Below, piece after piece: positions 43,896 to 55,644 of a stretch of 64,000 nt of DNA. The translations under genes and the position numbers were made by a program. The stretch lies in assembly GCA_965112735.1 (NCBI GenBank), contig OZ218954.1, positions 2,294,001 through 2,358,000 on the forward strand, written 5' to 3'. Below the pieces are notes generated by a model. The model saw only the letters and a program-made list of their open reading frames with translations, made no database searches and was not told where the DNA came from. Source of the DNA: Phaeosaccion multiseriatum. Taxonomy: Eukaryota; Protista; Ochrophyta, other classes. The stretch's first letter is position 1; every line of letters starts with the position of its first letter.

Positions 43896-43927
<32 letters not shown>

Positions 43928-45210
43928 AAGACCGGTTCCCACCTGGAACGAGTTGGAATGGCGGGGCTGGATTCTGCGGACTGCGAGGTTACAGAAACTC
44001 TGGAACTTCTCGAGGAGCACGTCATGGTGGGAGGAGCAGTGGCGGCGGTGGAGAGTCAGCGCGCGGCGGCCGAACAGGCGCTACAGGACGCCAACGGCTC
44101 TCTGCACAGGAACAAGCAGCGCCTACAGGTACGTGTGGCCTTGAGTGGAGGCGGGGGAACAGGGGCAGGGCGAGGTTTAAGTGCGAGAGGGTGCTTTGAG
44201 CATGGTCCTTGCCTGGTGGACACATGCCGCACATGTGTGCCCTTCGCTGGAGCTAGCCTGAAACCTAAGGCCTGAGTACCGCACTTCCTTGAGGCCGGAG
44301 GGTGTGAGGTTCCGTCTCCCCGAGACGTGGGTTCGACTCCTTCCTGTCTCTTTCTTACACACCTATACCTATGGCTTGTACACCTCAGGCGGCCCGGGCA
44401 AACGGCTCTCAGCTCATGGCCAACACCGCCGGAGAGAAGATGGCGGCCGCGAGCGAGGGGATGGAGCGGGCTCAGCGCAGCATTCGGGACATAGCATCCA
44501 ACTTTAAGCTGGAAGCAGGCATGTGAGTGTACTGTTGTAAGTAAGTAGGGTGGAAGCAGGCATGTGAGTGTGCTGTGAGTAAGTAAGCAAGCTGGAAGCA
44601 GGCATGTGAGTGTACTGTAAGTAAGCAAGTAAGCTGGAAGCAGGCATGTGAGTGTACTGTAAGCAAGCTGGAAGCAGGCATGTGAGTGTAGTGTTGAGTA
44701 GGGTGGAAGCAGGCATGTGAGTGTAGTGTAAGTAGGGTGGAAGCAGGCATGTGAGTGTAGTGTTAAGTAGGGTGGAAGCAGGCATGTGGATGTACTGGCT
44801 GGAAGCAGGCATGTGAGTGTAGTGTAAGTAGGGTGGAAGCAGGCATGTGAGTGTACTGTAAGCAAGCTGGAAGCAGGCATGTGAGTGTCTGTCTCCGGTC
44901 ACTGTCCCCTCCATCGCACCTTGACGCGTGCGCTCTCCTTCGTGCAGAAGTCAGGTTACTTCCTTCCAATGTATGGGTGGGAGGCACAAGTAGGCACGTG
45001 ATGGGCACGCACTTCGCTCACGCTGAGCTATCTTGTCTTGCATTTTGCTTCCTCCATCTTCTGACTGTTGTCTGTTTCTGCCGCTCCTTGTTTCTCTTGT
45101 CCCCACACCAAGCTATCAAGTGGAGCGACGAGAGGAGCTTCGGGGAGGTCTGCTGGAGTACGCCAAAATTCAAGTAAGGGAAGGACGGCTTGTTTTGGTG
45201 CTGGGCCTTG

Positions 45211-45249
<39 letters not shown>

Positions 45250-45954
45250 CCCTGACCCCTTTTGCTCTCCTGTCCCGTCCCCTCTGCTTTCCTTGGAAAT
45301 GGTTGCCAGGCGAGCTATGCCCGACAAACCGCCAATGCTTGGCGGGGCCTACTGGGAGAGATGAATGTTACTGACGCAGAAGAAGCCGAGAGTATACAGA
45401 GGATCTTTCCAGAGCGCAGGGCGGCAGCCTTAGCAGCAGCTGCGCAACGGCGCCGAGGGGGGTCGGCGGGCGAGGCGAGAGGAGTCGACACGCGAAGGAG
45501 GAGAGGGTCATCCGCTGGCAGTCGAGATGATGGCATTAGGGGCGTCCGGGGTAACGGGAGACAGGGCCCACCAAGTGCTCCAGCCCGAGAGGGGGAGGAC
45601 GCAGGGACAGGAGAGCGAGGAGGAGGAGGAGGAGGAGGAGGAGGAGGAGGAGGAGGAGGAGGAGGGGTCAGCCTTGAAGGAAACCGGGGGGGGGGCATGG
45701 CTCCAAAAGGGAGAAGACGGGAATCAGGAGGGGCGGAGGGGCACGAGAGTGAGTGTGGGGAGGGGACGGTACTGACAGGTGACGACGGACAAGGCGGGGC
45801 GGGGGGACACGGCGGGTACGGGCTCGCCGCAGAGGGCGGCGGTTCTTTGATTGTGGAAGAGCTGGGAGGGAGTAATAGCAGTGGGTTTGGGGGAGATCTA
45901 TCAACCATGATCAATCAGGTGAGGGCACAACGGCTTGAGGGGGAGAGCTTGTAG
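40261..45954 (+). CDS. Sorting nexin-like protein with EH + PX + BAR (Vps5-like) domains
   Basis: EH: LFDLADTDADGFIS..FLRRSQLDEDTLRKIWRLA..LTLEQWFVACKLVA. PX: HVAYIV..|VSRRFSDFEWLH..PGVLLPSLPPK..FVAERMKWLQRWL..HPQL..LQVFLE. BAR-like helices ending YQVERREELRGGLLEYAKIQ. Start codon inferred from splice phase. Confidence 0.82.
44506..44888 (+). repeat. 11-unit imperfect tandem array that copies an exon/intron junction
   Basis: Core TGGAAGCAGGCAT|GTGAGTGT with variable short linkers. The first copy spans the real donor at 44522/44523. Confidence 0.9.
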
Positions 45955-47231
45955 CTAGTTACCCCGCTTCGTCACTACTGGGACTGAGGGCAGCGGCCTT
46001 TCGTCTTGCTTGTTGTGAAGCCTAGCTCGTCGTAGTAGGCGAGGGTAGAGGCGGCTAACCCTCTAGGAGGAAGTGGAGGACCCCTCTTCTCACCCCGCTC
46101 TTTGGCGCCCCTCCCTTCCTTCCTTCTTCCACAGGACTACTACGGAGCAACGTCGGGGCTGAGTGTGGGCCTCTCGTCCGAAGAAGACGAAGATGTGGAC
46201 ACCGTGGTCGATGAGGAGTTCCGCTTGGTGAACCCTGCTGAGGCGGTGGCAAGTTCCAGTTAGGCTGTTAGGGCCGGTTCCGAGCTGTGGTGGAGCGGGG
46301 GCACGAGTGGGGCCACGGTACACGGCCTGTATGTATCCCTGCCTGCCAGGGTGTGGAGAAGATGCTCTCTCTGTGGACTTTGTGACTCTGCCAATTGTGA
46401 CTCTGCCTTGGGAGGGCCTTTGGGAGGGGGGCGGGTCTCCCCTCCGTTGGCGGGGACAGACACTGCAGCAGGCCATCGACAGGCCATCGACAGGCCGTCG
46501 ACAGGCCAGCGAAGACCAGCGGAGTGGAGAGGGGAACACTAAAGGTGCTCGCGTTTGTGATTGGACCCTTATTTGCCCGCCTATGTATGGAAGTACCAAC
46601 TACTGTATGGAGGGACTTGACTTAAAAAACTTGAGGAAGGGCAAGGGGGGTTCAAGGGATTACAAGCCCTCTAGGCGATACAGGAGGAGGATAGAAACGG
46701 GGTTGAATGACAGAGGTATCAGGATCGAACGGGTGGATATCCATTTGCAAGCATTACCGAAGCTATACCTACGCTCCGTTGCGCAAAACCCTGCTCGCTG
46801 GCCCTCCCTCCTTCCCGCGCGTACTCTCCATCCCCGCCCTCCCCCCGCTGCTTCTTCTTCCGTGGCTACTCGAATTTGAAAGGGTGCTTCTCGCTTTCGG
46901 AGGAGGCGCCCACATATAACTTCGACGCATTGTAAGCTCTGTAAAGGCAGAAAAGTTCTAGCTATTCCGCTCCCGGCCTCCACGCCTTCTTTCTCATTCG
47001 CCCAATAAAGGCCGGAGCTGAGAGGAGACCACCAGTCCACCAGTTACTTATGAGGGAGGTACATGTATGCGCTTGTCCGCTCGTTCTGAAACGCTTGCTC
47101 CAGGCCAATCGCGCTTTGCTCCCCTCCCCGCCCTTCCTTGTTCACCCTCCCACCACCTTCTATATTTGAGTGGGATCATAGTCGTCGTCGTGGCCTGCTC
47201 TCCACCCCCCGTCTGCTCCGCGCGTGTGCAG

Positions 47232-50200
47232 CTACGAGCTCCCCCCCACGCTCACCACGTCCGGAGTGATGGCGCTCTGACTCGCTCCGCCCATCTCCAC
47301 CCCGGTCTCCTGGACGGGTAGGTAGCTCGCGGGACTTGGCCCCCCCCCCTTGAAGTGCTTATACATGAGCATGCAGACACCCAGAGACACGCTGCCTCCG
47401 ACGAGAATCACCACCGCCCACAGCACATCCATAAACACCTCACCAGAGCCAGGATCGGGTCGCTGGGAAAACAGGCAAAGAAAAAAAGAAAAAAAGGGAA
47501 GGAGGGGGGGGGGGTGCGGGCCCGGGGGGGCACCAAGCGGCACCATACACAGAACGTCAATAAAATAAAGCAACGGATGAAGCCGAGGCTGACGGGTTTA
47601 TGATGACGTCACTCTGTCATCACTACTCACGTGGGTGATCTCGTGGTTCACAAACGTCCTCTTGAAAGGCGCCCTAGCGTTGTTGGACTGCCCCTCTTGC
47701 ACCCAATCGTCGTCCCATAAGAAGCTCGTATAGTCATCTGAGTACCACGACGAGGTTTGGTAGGCAGAGACAACCTGCGTAAAGTTGGAGTCCCCTACCG
47801 GGCCACAGTCCTGGCAATCCGTGCCCAAGGCACACACCCCAGAGGCCCGCTGGTCGTCGCAGTAGCCGTCCCGTGCCCACGCGCACGTGTTGTCGCAAGT
47901 CCCGTCCGACACCACCTGCACCCCGCAGTCGGAGCAGTCCGTGCCCACCTCACACGCTGCAATTGCCCCATAGCTCATGTCATCCGAGCCCACGCCATAC
48001 GTGGATCCGTAGTAGGAGGTGGAGTACCCTGCGTAGTTGTAGAAGCCGTCGTCCTCATAGTACCTGCCGGTAGGAGAGAGTGTGGAGGGAGGCCATTATC
48101 ACCCACAAAGCGTTTCCTCCCCGAGAAAACCCAACACACGCTTATCAAAACGTCTGCTGGTCACTTACATGTTGGCGTCGTCATCCATACTCCAGCCATA
48201 TCCTCCCCAGCCGTAGCCGCCCATCCCTCCCCAGCCGGGCTCATCGCACTGCCCATCCATGGCGTAGATGCAGCTGTCCTCGCACAATATCTCGTCGCTG
48301 TCTGCGTGCACAAGGGCCACCTCCACATCCATGCTGACGGGCCCTGCTCCCGTGTCCACCTGAATGACCTTCAGAGGCACAGTGTCATCCCCGGTGACGG
48401 TTGCCCAGCTACCCTGCTTTAGCACCAGGGTAACCTCGTGGTCCATCCACTCGTAATCATCCACCGCGTAGTCGCTGCTCAAGGTGGGGTCCAGCGTGAT
48501 CTGCGCAGGATGAGAGAGGGCGACGGAAGGTCACAGTCATGCACCGCCCACCGCCCGTGCCCTAACGCACGTAGGATGACGGCCAAAGGCCTCAGCGCTT
48601 CATGGAGACACAACTACGCTCCACCTTTGCACACATGTGTTGACTGCTAACAAGGCTCCAAACCAGCCCGACCAGGGGGCTCAGCCACACACTTAACACC
48701 CACCTCCGGCTGTCTGCTGGGGTTGGACGCACACAGGAAGCCGAAGCCCTGCACCGAGAAACGCTTTGTATGAGATGCGTATACGCGCAACTCAGTCTGG
48801 GTCACAGTTGGGTTCGTCAAAATTGTGGCCACCTGCACACAAGCACACAAAGGGTCACACCAACGGGTAGAAGAACGGTCACAGCAAGAAAGGGTCAGCT
48901 TGTGGACTTGCAAGTGGCATCGCATTCTGTAGGTGCTCATGGCAAAGCTCTAACATGTCATGATCTGAGCACATGAGCACGTGCGTGTGTGCGTGTGTTG
49001 TGTCGTGCGTAGAAGAAAGGTAGGTGTACGGGGGGAGGTAAAAGCAAAGTAAGTGGTGCTCACCCTGATGCCGTAACCGTCGGCGACCGAGATGGTTTCT
49101 TTGTCGGTCTTGATGGACACGAGCACCAGCGATCCCCCAAAGGGCGCCCACTCCGCGCCTTCCTTGAGAGACATTCGCACCCCATCGTCACCCTGCACGC
49201 CAACAAGCAGCACAGGAGGAGAGCATTGAGTGCAGGGCCATGACAGCAGCAGCAGGGGGGAGGGGGTGGGGTGACATGACACGGGTACAAGGAAGGGACC
49301 CGAGCTCTTCACCGCTTGGTCTTGCTTCTTGCTCACGGCTGCGAGTGTGCAGCACAGCCCATCACACACCGATCAACTCTCACTCACCTCCGCCGTCATG
49401 GTGTAGGAGCTCGAATCCAACGCCGGGTTGAACGTGTACTCGAAGGACGGCGACAAGCCTGAGCCAGTCATGACGAGGTCCCTCTTGATCGCGGACTGGT
49501 ACGCAAGCTGCTCCAAGAAAAAGAGGGGGCGCATCAATGGGGAGGAATAAGGCTCAGCCGCAATTCTCTACCCTCTTTCCCAACGGACCACAGGTGGTAG
49601 GTACTCACTTAGCCATTGCCAACACACCGTGTGCACACACACCCGCATACACACACATACACGCCATGTACCTGATTGTTGTTAGGGTTGACAGTTACGC
49701 CACTCTCGTGGACGGCGGCATCATCCTTCACGACGGCAACTTTCACGGGCTTCGGCAGAGCGACCATGCCTGCGCCAGTGTCCACTCCAGTGATCTGTCC
49801 AGTCCGGAGACGCAAGGGCAGGGGACGCACGCGTTGGCGGTAAGGTACAGCAAGTATTTCAAACGAGGTGCGATGAAGGAACAGGACGCGCCGGTGCTCA
49901 CAAGATGCCCCCCTCTCCCCCCCCCCCTCCCACCCTCTCGTCAGGACGTACCGTGAGCGGCCCGCTCTTCCCCTCGGGCATCCAGCTGGTCACCAGGGAC
50001 AGCTTGCAGGCCGTGCTGTTCTGAACTTGCACAATGAAATCGATATTTTGCTTGGGGCTGCCTCCCTCGAAGGAGAAGCTTGGAGTGGTGAGCTTGCTGA
50101 AGCCGGAACCGAAAATCTCAAGCTCGTGTGTGTGCGTACGGAACAACTGCGAGCGGCCAGGGGGGGGGGGGAGTCAGCAGCAGGGAGCAGTCCACAGCAG

Positions 50201-51838
50201 TCAGCAGAGGAAAGCACAGGTGCGACAAACACACAGTAGGGCAGGAAGACGAGAGCGAAAAGCTAAGCCGACATGGGCCATTTCATGTGAGGATCAGCAG
50301 GTGGCGATAAAGAGGTATCCATCCACTGCCATCCACTGCCAGAGTCTCGCACCTCCGTGTCCTTGGGCTTTACAGAGGGGTCCTCGTACACAGTCGCCAC
50401 CTTCCGCCCGGCCTTGGCAGCCGTGGGCCCCAGCGCCACGTAGCCAGCGCCCGCCTCGGCGGCGAGCAATACCAACGGGCCGGGCAGGGACTCTGCGTTT
50501 TGCCTCCACTTGCTGCCTTCCACCAAGTTGAGCACCATCTGGTCCCCGTTGATGGCTGCGGTGGTGTAGTTCGTCCCCGCGCCGCGCAGGTTGTTGCCGA
50601 AGCGCAAAGTGGTCCCTCCGTCTTCGATAGATCGGAATCCTGAGCCCGTGACGACCAGTGTCTTGGCGGACTGGTAGATCTTCAGGTCCACATTGGTGTC
50701 GACGGTGATACCGTGGCCCTCTAGATCAGCCTGCACCTCCGAAATCAGAATGCCCCCGCCCGTTTTCTGTATGGGCAGGAGCATCGAGAGCATTGATGGG
50801 ATTAGAACAAAGACAGAAAGGGAGAAGGAGGGCAAGGGTTTGGCCGATTCGCCACCACCCTCAATTGCTCACTCACCCCTTCTTCTGGGGGGTTGAGCGC
50901 GAGTCTCCCCCCTCCATTATTGATGGCGATGAGCTTGAGCGGGCCCGGATCCTGCCTCCACTTCATCTCGAACTTCTTGTCGAGCACGATTTGGGTGGTG
51001 CTCACCACAGCCATGGAAAAGTCGGTGCCCTCATTCAGGGGAGGGTCAAAGTACAGCTCCGTGCGCTTGGTGTTGAAGTTGGTCCCGTTGACCACAAGGC
51101 GAGGGGTGGCCGACATGTAAATCACCTTGTCCGAGCCAGCCTGCAGACCCCGAGAGAGGAGGCATATCACCGCATCAGCGTCGGGGCAACAAACACTCTC
51201 GTGCCCCTTTGCTTGATACGGTGCGCAAATATGACTCGAATGGGTACTGCAATCGGCGCTTACCTGCACTGTCGGAGTGGGAAGGACGTTGGCCACCGCC
51301 ACCGCCTCGTCGAGCTCATTGTTGTCACCCAGCTTCACAGAAGACACGTACAGCGTCTGAGAGGAGGAAATGCCCAAGGGAAAAGAGAGACGAACGTGGT
51401 GAGATTGTCATGCTCCGAGCCTATACTACAGCTCTAATATGGCCCGGCCTCCATGTGGATGATTTGGCCTGGCCACATTGGCCACATTAAGAGGGTGGCC
51501 ACACACCTTGGCCGCTCCGTCCGCCACGTCCGCCCAGCGCTTGCCCGGCAGAAGAGTGCAGACCATAGCTTGCTCTTGGACACTGACGGTAAAGTCCTTG
51601 CCAGACACGAGCTTGGGTAGGAAGGTCACCTCTATGCTTGCGGGGTCGATACCAGCCCACCCTTGATACGCCACGGGGGGGGGTAAGAGAAGAAGGATCA
51701 GAAAAAGAGGAAATAAGGCAAGCCAGGTTCTTGATGTGCGACACTTCTTACGCGTTGACACTGACCTGAGCCCTTGATGCGCAACTTGGGCTGAAGGTCA
51801 TTGATGCCTACAGGAGTCACGGTGTCCACCTTGATCAT
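47232..51838 (-). CDS. Large single-pass surface protein: repeated Ig-like (IPT/TIG-like) modules, Cys-rich repeats, C-terminal TM (5' end not resolved, probably upstream of 51838)
   Basis: Repeated 'L.I.GSGF / V.GTNF ... W...GPL' modules across many exons. CEDSCIYAMDGQCDEPG, CEVGTDCSDCG, CDNTCAWARDGYCDD..CALGTDCQDCGP. TM VLWAVVILVGGSVSLGVCMLMY followed by KHFK. Confidence 0.75.
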
Positions 51839-53423
51839 CTGAGAGAAGATAACCAGGAAAAGACCAAGAAAAAACAAGAACGGGGAAAAAGGGAACGGAA
51901 GATCGTCATCGTTACGCAGACTTGGGCCTGTTGTTAATAAGCTGACCGTGATTCGATCATTCAGTCTGCTGCCTGCTGACCGAGAGAGCCGGAGGGGGGG
52001 GGTCAGCTTTCTCGAGCAGAGTTGTGAGAACATCCTCTCCATCCTCTACTTCTCCTCTCCCGGGTACTCACCCCAGCCATGGTAGACATGACAGATGCAA
52101 GCCATGCTATCCCCACGAGGGATAGCCTCGTGATTGCGCTCATCTAGGCACTGTTTGTTTCCTTCTTTACGTACATAGTGCTCACCGAGCTGCCACGGCC
52201 CATACGCTGCCAACTCATTCCAACTGAAACTGCTGATCCTCCTCCCCCACTCTGACACAGTCGTGTTATGGACATCGTACGATGTGATCGACCCAACCCT
52301 GGTGCTACCGGCGCATTCTCGGCAGCATGCTACGGGCCATCGGCCGGTAGCAGGTAGCACGCCGGCGGGGGCACCGGCGGTAGTCCTTGCTATCGTTCTG
52401 CCGGCCTTGACCTGCTACCGAACGGCCTGCCCCCCCCCCCCCCCCCGACGGTCGACCCCTGACGCGCTATCGCCCACATTCGCGATAGCGCGCTATCGCC
52501 CGCCCCCCGCCCCCGACAAGGCGGGGCTGTCAGGGGTTGGCCGAGCAAGCCGACTGACGGCGCAGGCGCAGCGGCGCGGCCGGCTGATGCGGCGGTAGCA
52601 GGTAGCACGTCAGCACGTCAGGGGTCGAGTTTTGAAATTTAAAAAAAAAAAATAAAAAATGCTTAGCATCTACGAGTGGGCAGTGTGTCTGTCCTCTTAC
52701 GCTTGTCTTGGGCAAATGAGAGACGGCTTGCTTCATCATCACGGAGCCGCATCGGCGAGTCGGCGAGGCGGGCGCCAGAGGGCCAGTAGAGGGCCAGTCA
52801 GTCAGTCAGTCAGTCAGTCAGTCACTTCCAGCGCAAGTACATGTAGCGCGACGGCCCCCGGTCACGGCTGAAGGGCGCCGGTGTACACAGTACGCAGAGG
52901 ACCTGCCTAAGCGCGGCCTTGATGCGCTCTTGATGTATTCTTCGGCGGTGCCTCCATTCCTTCGGAGGTGGCAGACGTGTCGAGAGCAATCTCTCTCCAA
53001 AGCAATGCGGCGGCTCTCACTCACACCATCGGGGCCGTGGAAGGCAACGAGCTCCGCCCCCGCCACACCCTGGCGCCGTCTGTGTTGGTGGGTGGTGCGA
53101 AGGGGGGTGCCGCCCGTGACATGACACGATTGCTAGCAATCACGTCGGGAGCTGAGGGGCTGCCCTCACCCCGGAGAGGAGCGCAGCGCCTGAGTTGGTT
53201 CCACTTGCGCTCATTCTGAGCTCTGGGCTCTCGCTCTAAAGCTCAGCTCAGCAAACAGCCGAGAAGGGCCACCCACCCATAACGTGACGCCGTTCCATCC
53301 TCATGGGGAACCCTTCTCTTGTCCACCACATCCTGCCGTGCTTGACTGTGTTGCTTGTTCCCCCCTCAAATGCTCGCCAAGGTCAGAGACTGTCAAAAGG
53401 CAAGCTCGACGTGGCCAGCCTCC

Positions 53424-55482
53424 TCAATGCGCAATGGTTGCCGCCCCCCATGCCACAGTAATGTCGGGATCAATGTGGGTGTTGAGTTGCTTCGCCCCGA
53501 GGTGTGCTTTCAGCTGCTCCCGCACCCGAGGAACCCTCGTTGTGCCTCCCACACACACCACCTCGTCCACTTCGCTTGCGTCCATGTCCAGATTTCTGAG
53601 CAGACGATCCACAGGCACCAGGGCTCGAGTCCACAGGCTGTCACACCCCCCCTCGAACTCCGCCTTAGTCACTTGCTCCTGCACACTCACCCAGCTCCCA
53701 CACGACGAGGCTGATGTGACTGAAAGATAAGAGGACAACACAATACGTAAGAGTGCGGCTGGAGGCGTCAGCTGCGCATCATGGCGAGAAGGAGAGGCAG
53801 GAGGGAGCAAGTGCTGATTGATTGGGTGGAGAGGCAGGGACCCACACGGCGAACCAACTTACTGCCCTCACTCACCCTTGATCTTGTTTTCCGAGGGAGG
53901 GAGAGTCATGCACCTCAGCTCAGCTTGCGGTGCATCTGTGAGCGCCTTCTTGACACCTTCCGCCACGCTACCCATCATGTGCCCCACGCAAATGGCCTCC
54001 TCAAACACACATCCCGCGGTTTCCGCTGCTGCGGCATGCTCGGGGGCTACCTTCCTCTCCCCGAGCTTCTCCTCCAAGACTCTGGCGAGGCACTGGTCAA
54101 TGTCCGAGCCCCCAAGACTCTCGTCTCCCTCACTAGCCAGCACCTCGATGCTTCCCTCATTCATGAAAAGCATGCTGACGTCCAGCGTGCCCCCCCCAAA
54201 GTCGTACACCAGCACATGGTGCACGTCCGCCTGCTTGTGGAGCCTGCACACGTGCATACATACAAGAAAGCAGCGACAAGCGTGAGCACGAGGGCCACTC
54301 GACACAACCGAAGAGTGGAGTGAACTCGTGCCCCCCCCTCCCCTGCCCCCATTTCCCTCTAGTACAGTACAAAGAGGGTCGGCACAGGTTCCGATCACAA
54401 GCGACGGCTAGGAGAGCTAAGCGCACACTGTACACACAAGATTCGCGAGTGCCTACGTACCCATAGGCCATCGCTGCGGCGGTTGGCTCCTCGAGTACCC
54501 GTATAACCTTGAGCCCTGCCGCGGCGAAGGCCTGTACAGTGGCCTCCACCTGCCTGGGGCTGAACTTGGCGGGCACAGCAATGACAGCCTTGTCGACCAT
54601 CTCGTGTCCGAGGAAAGATGCTGCCATCTTCTTTAAGCTCTTGACCACCTACGCAAGCGGAGGCCCAAAAGGTGCGAGGCGAGAGAGAGAGAGAGAGAGG
54701 GAGAGAGGGAGGGTGTGGGTGTGTCTGTGTGAGAAACTAGAGAGACTGAAAGGCAAAGAGAAAGAGAGGATGCCGAGAAGGGGTGCGCCTTCAATGCCGC
54801 CACACAGCTGACACGTGCAAGTGCTGGCAGGAACACTCAGCTCACCTCGCTCCCCACAGCTTGGGGGGACACAGCCTCGGGATGCCCCTGGGCCTTGATG
54901 CTGAACCACGTGCTGGAAATGTCTCCATCCTTCTGTACCACGGTAAGATGGTCTAGACCAAGCGCAGAGTACTCCTCACCTCCGGCAACGCTATCCTTCC
55001 CAATGAAGCGCTTCGCTCCGTAAACCGTGTTGGAGGGGTTGCTTTGCAGATGACGAATGGCCTCGTGACCCACCGCCACTTGCCCTCCACTCAGGTACGA
55101 TACCACAGAGGGAAGAAGAGGGTCAGAGCTGTTAAGTCCAGGTATTACCTGCACCTTGCCATCACCGTGATTGACGGCGACCACGCTAAAGGTCGTGCCG
55201 AGGTCTACTCCCACGGCCGAGACTCGACCCCGGAACCCTGCGGATGCCGCGATGGCACATACCGCTGTAAGTGAGGAGCAGGAGGAAGAGGAGGCGAATG
55301 AGGAGGAGAAGGAAGACGCGTACGGAGAGCCACGTATGTGCATGGGGAGGAGGGGGCCTGGACGAAGCAGCCAATAGACAAGCACCAGACACCAGAAGCA
55401 GCATAAACCCCCCAGAATCACTTAGAGAGACATATATCGACGTACCGACAACACCGACGATCACCAGCGGCACGTAGCTCAT
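53424..55482 (-). CDS. Hsp70-family protein, ATPase domain only, with hydrophobic N-terminus (HSPA13/STCH-like architecture)
   Basis: VGVDLGTTFS, NTVYGAKRFIG, AVIAVPAKF..Q..AT..A...AGLKVIRVLEEPTAAAMAYG, VLVYDFGGGTLDVS, LGGSDID, VVCVGGTTRVP, DPDITVAWGAA then stop. No substrate-binding domain. Confidence 0.9.
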
Positions 55483-55644
55483 CGCTCCGGGCGCTGGTAT
55501 TGTTCGTGTGGGGGACAGAGCGGATTGTTAAAGGGCGTTTTTCAGTTTCAATTTCAAGCCTTGTGAGTTTCAGTGTCATGGTTCTTACCGGGTGTGGAAA
55601 GAACTTCCTGCCTATCATAAGCATCAATTCAGAGTATATTAGCG
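55483..55644. promoter_or_regulatory. Putative bidirectional promoter (Hsp70-like / CELF)
   Basis: Divergent start codons are 162 bp apart. Confidence 0.55.

Noticed and set aside
44300-44350. tRNA-Leu-like 3' half (GTCTCCCCGAGACGTGGGTTCGACTCC)
   Set aside because: T-stem and acceptor stem do not pair and there is no D-arm; at most a degenerate fragment in an intron.
44506-44888. Conserved repeat with variable linkers resembling a CRISPR array
   Set aside because: Linkers are short and related to each other, and the unit derives from the exon/intron junction.
46000-47100. ORFs of 126-190 aa between the sorting nexin and surface-protein genes
   Set aside because: No recognisable motifs, consistent splice model or RNA-gene signature.
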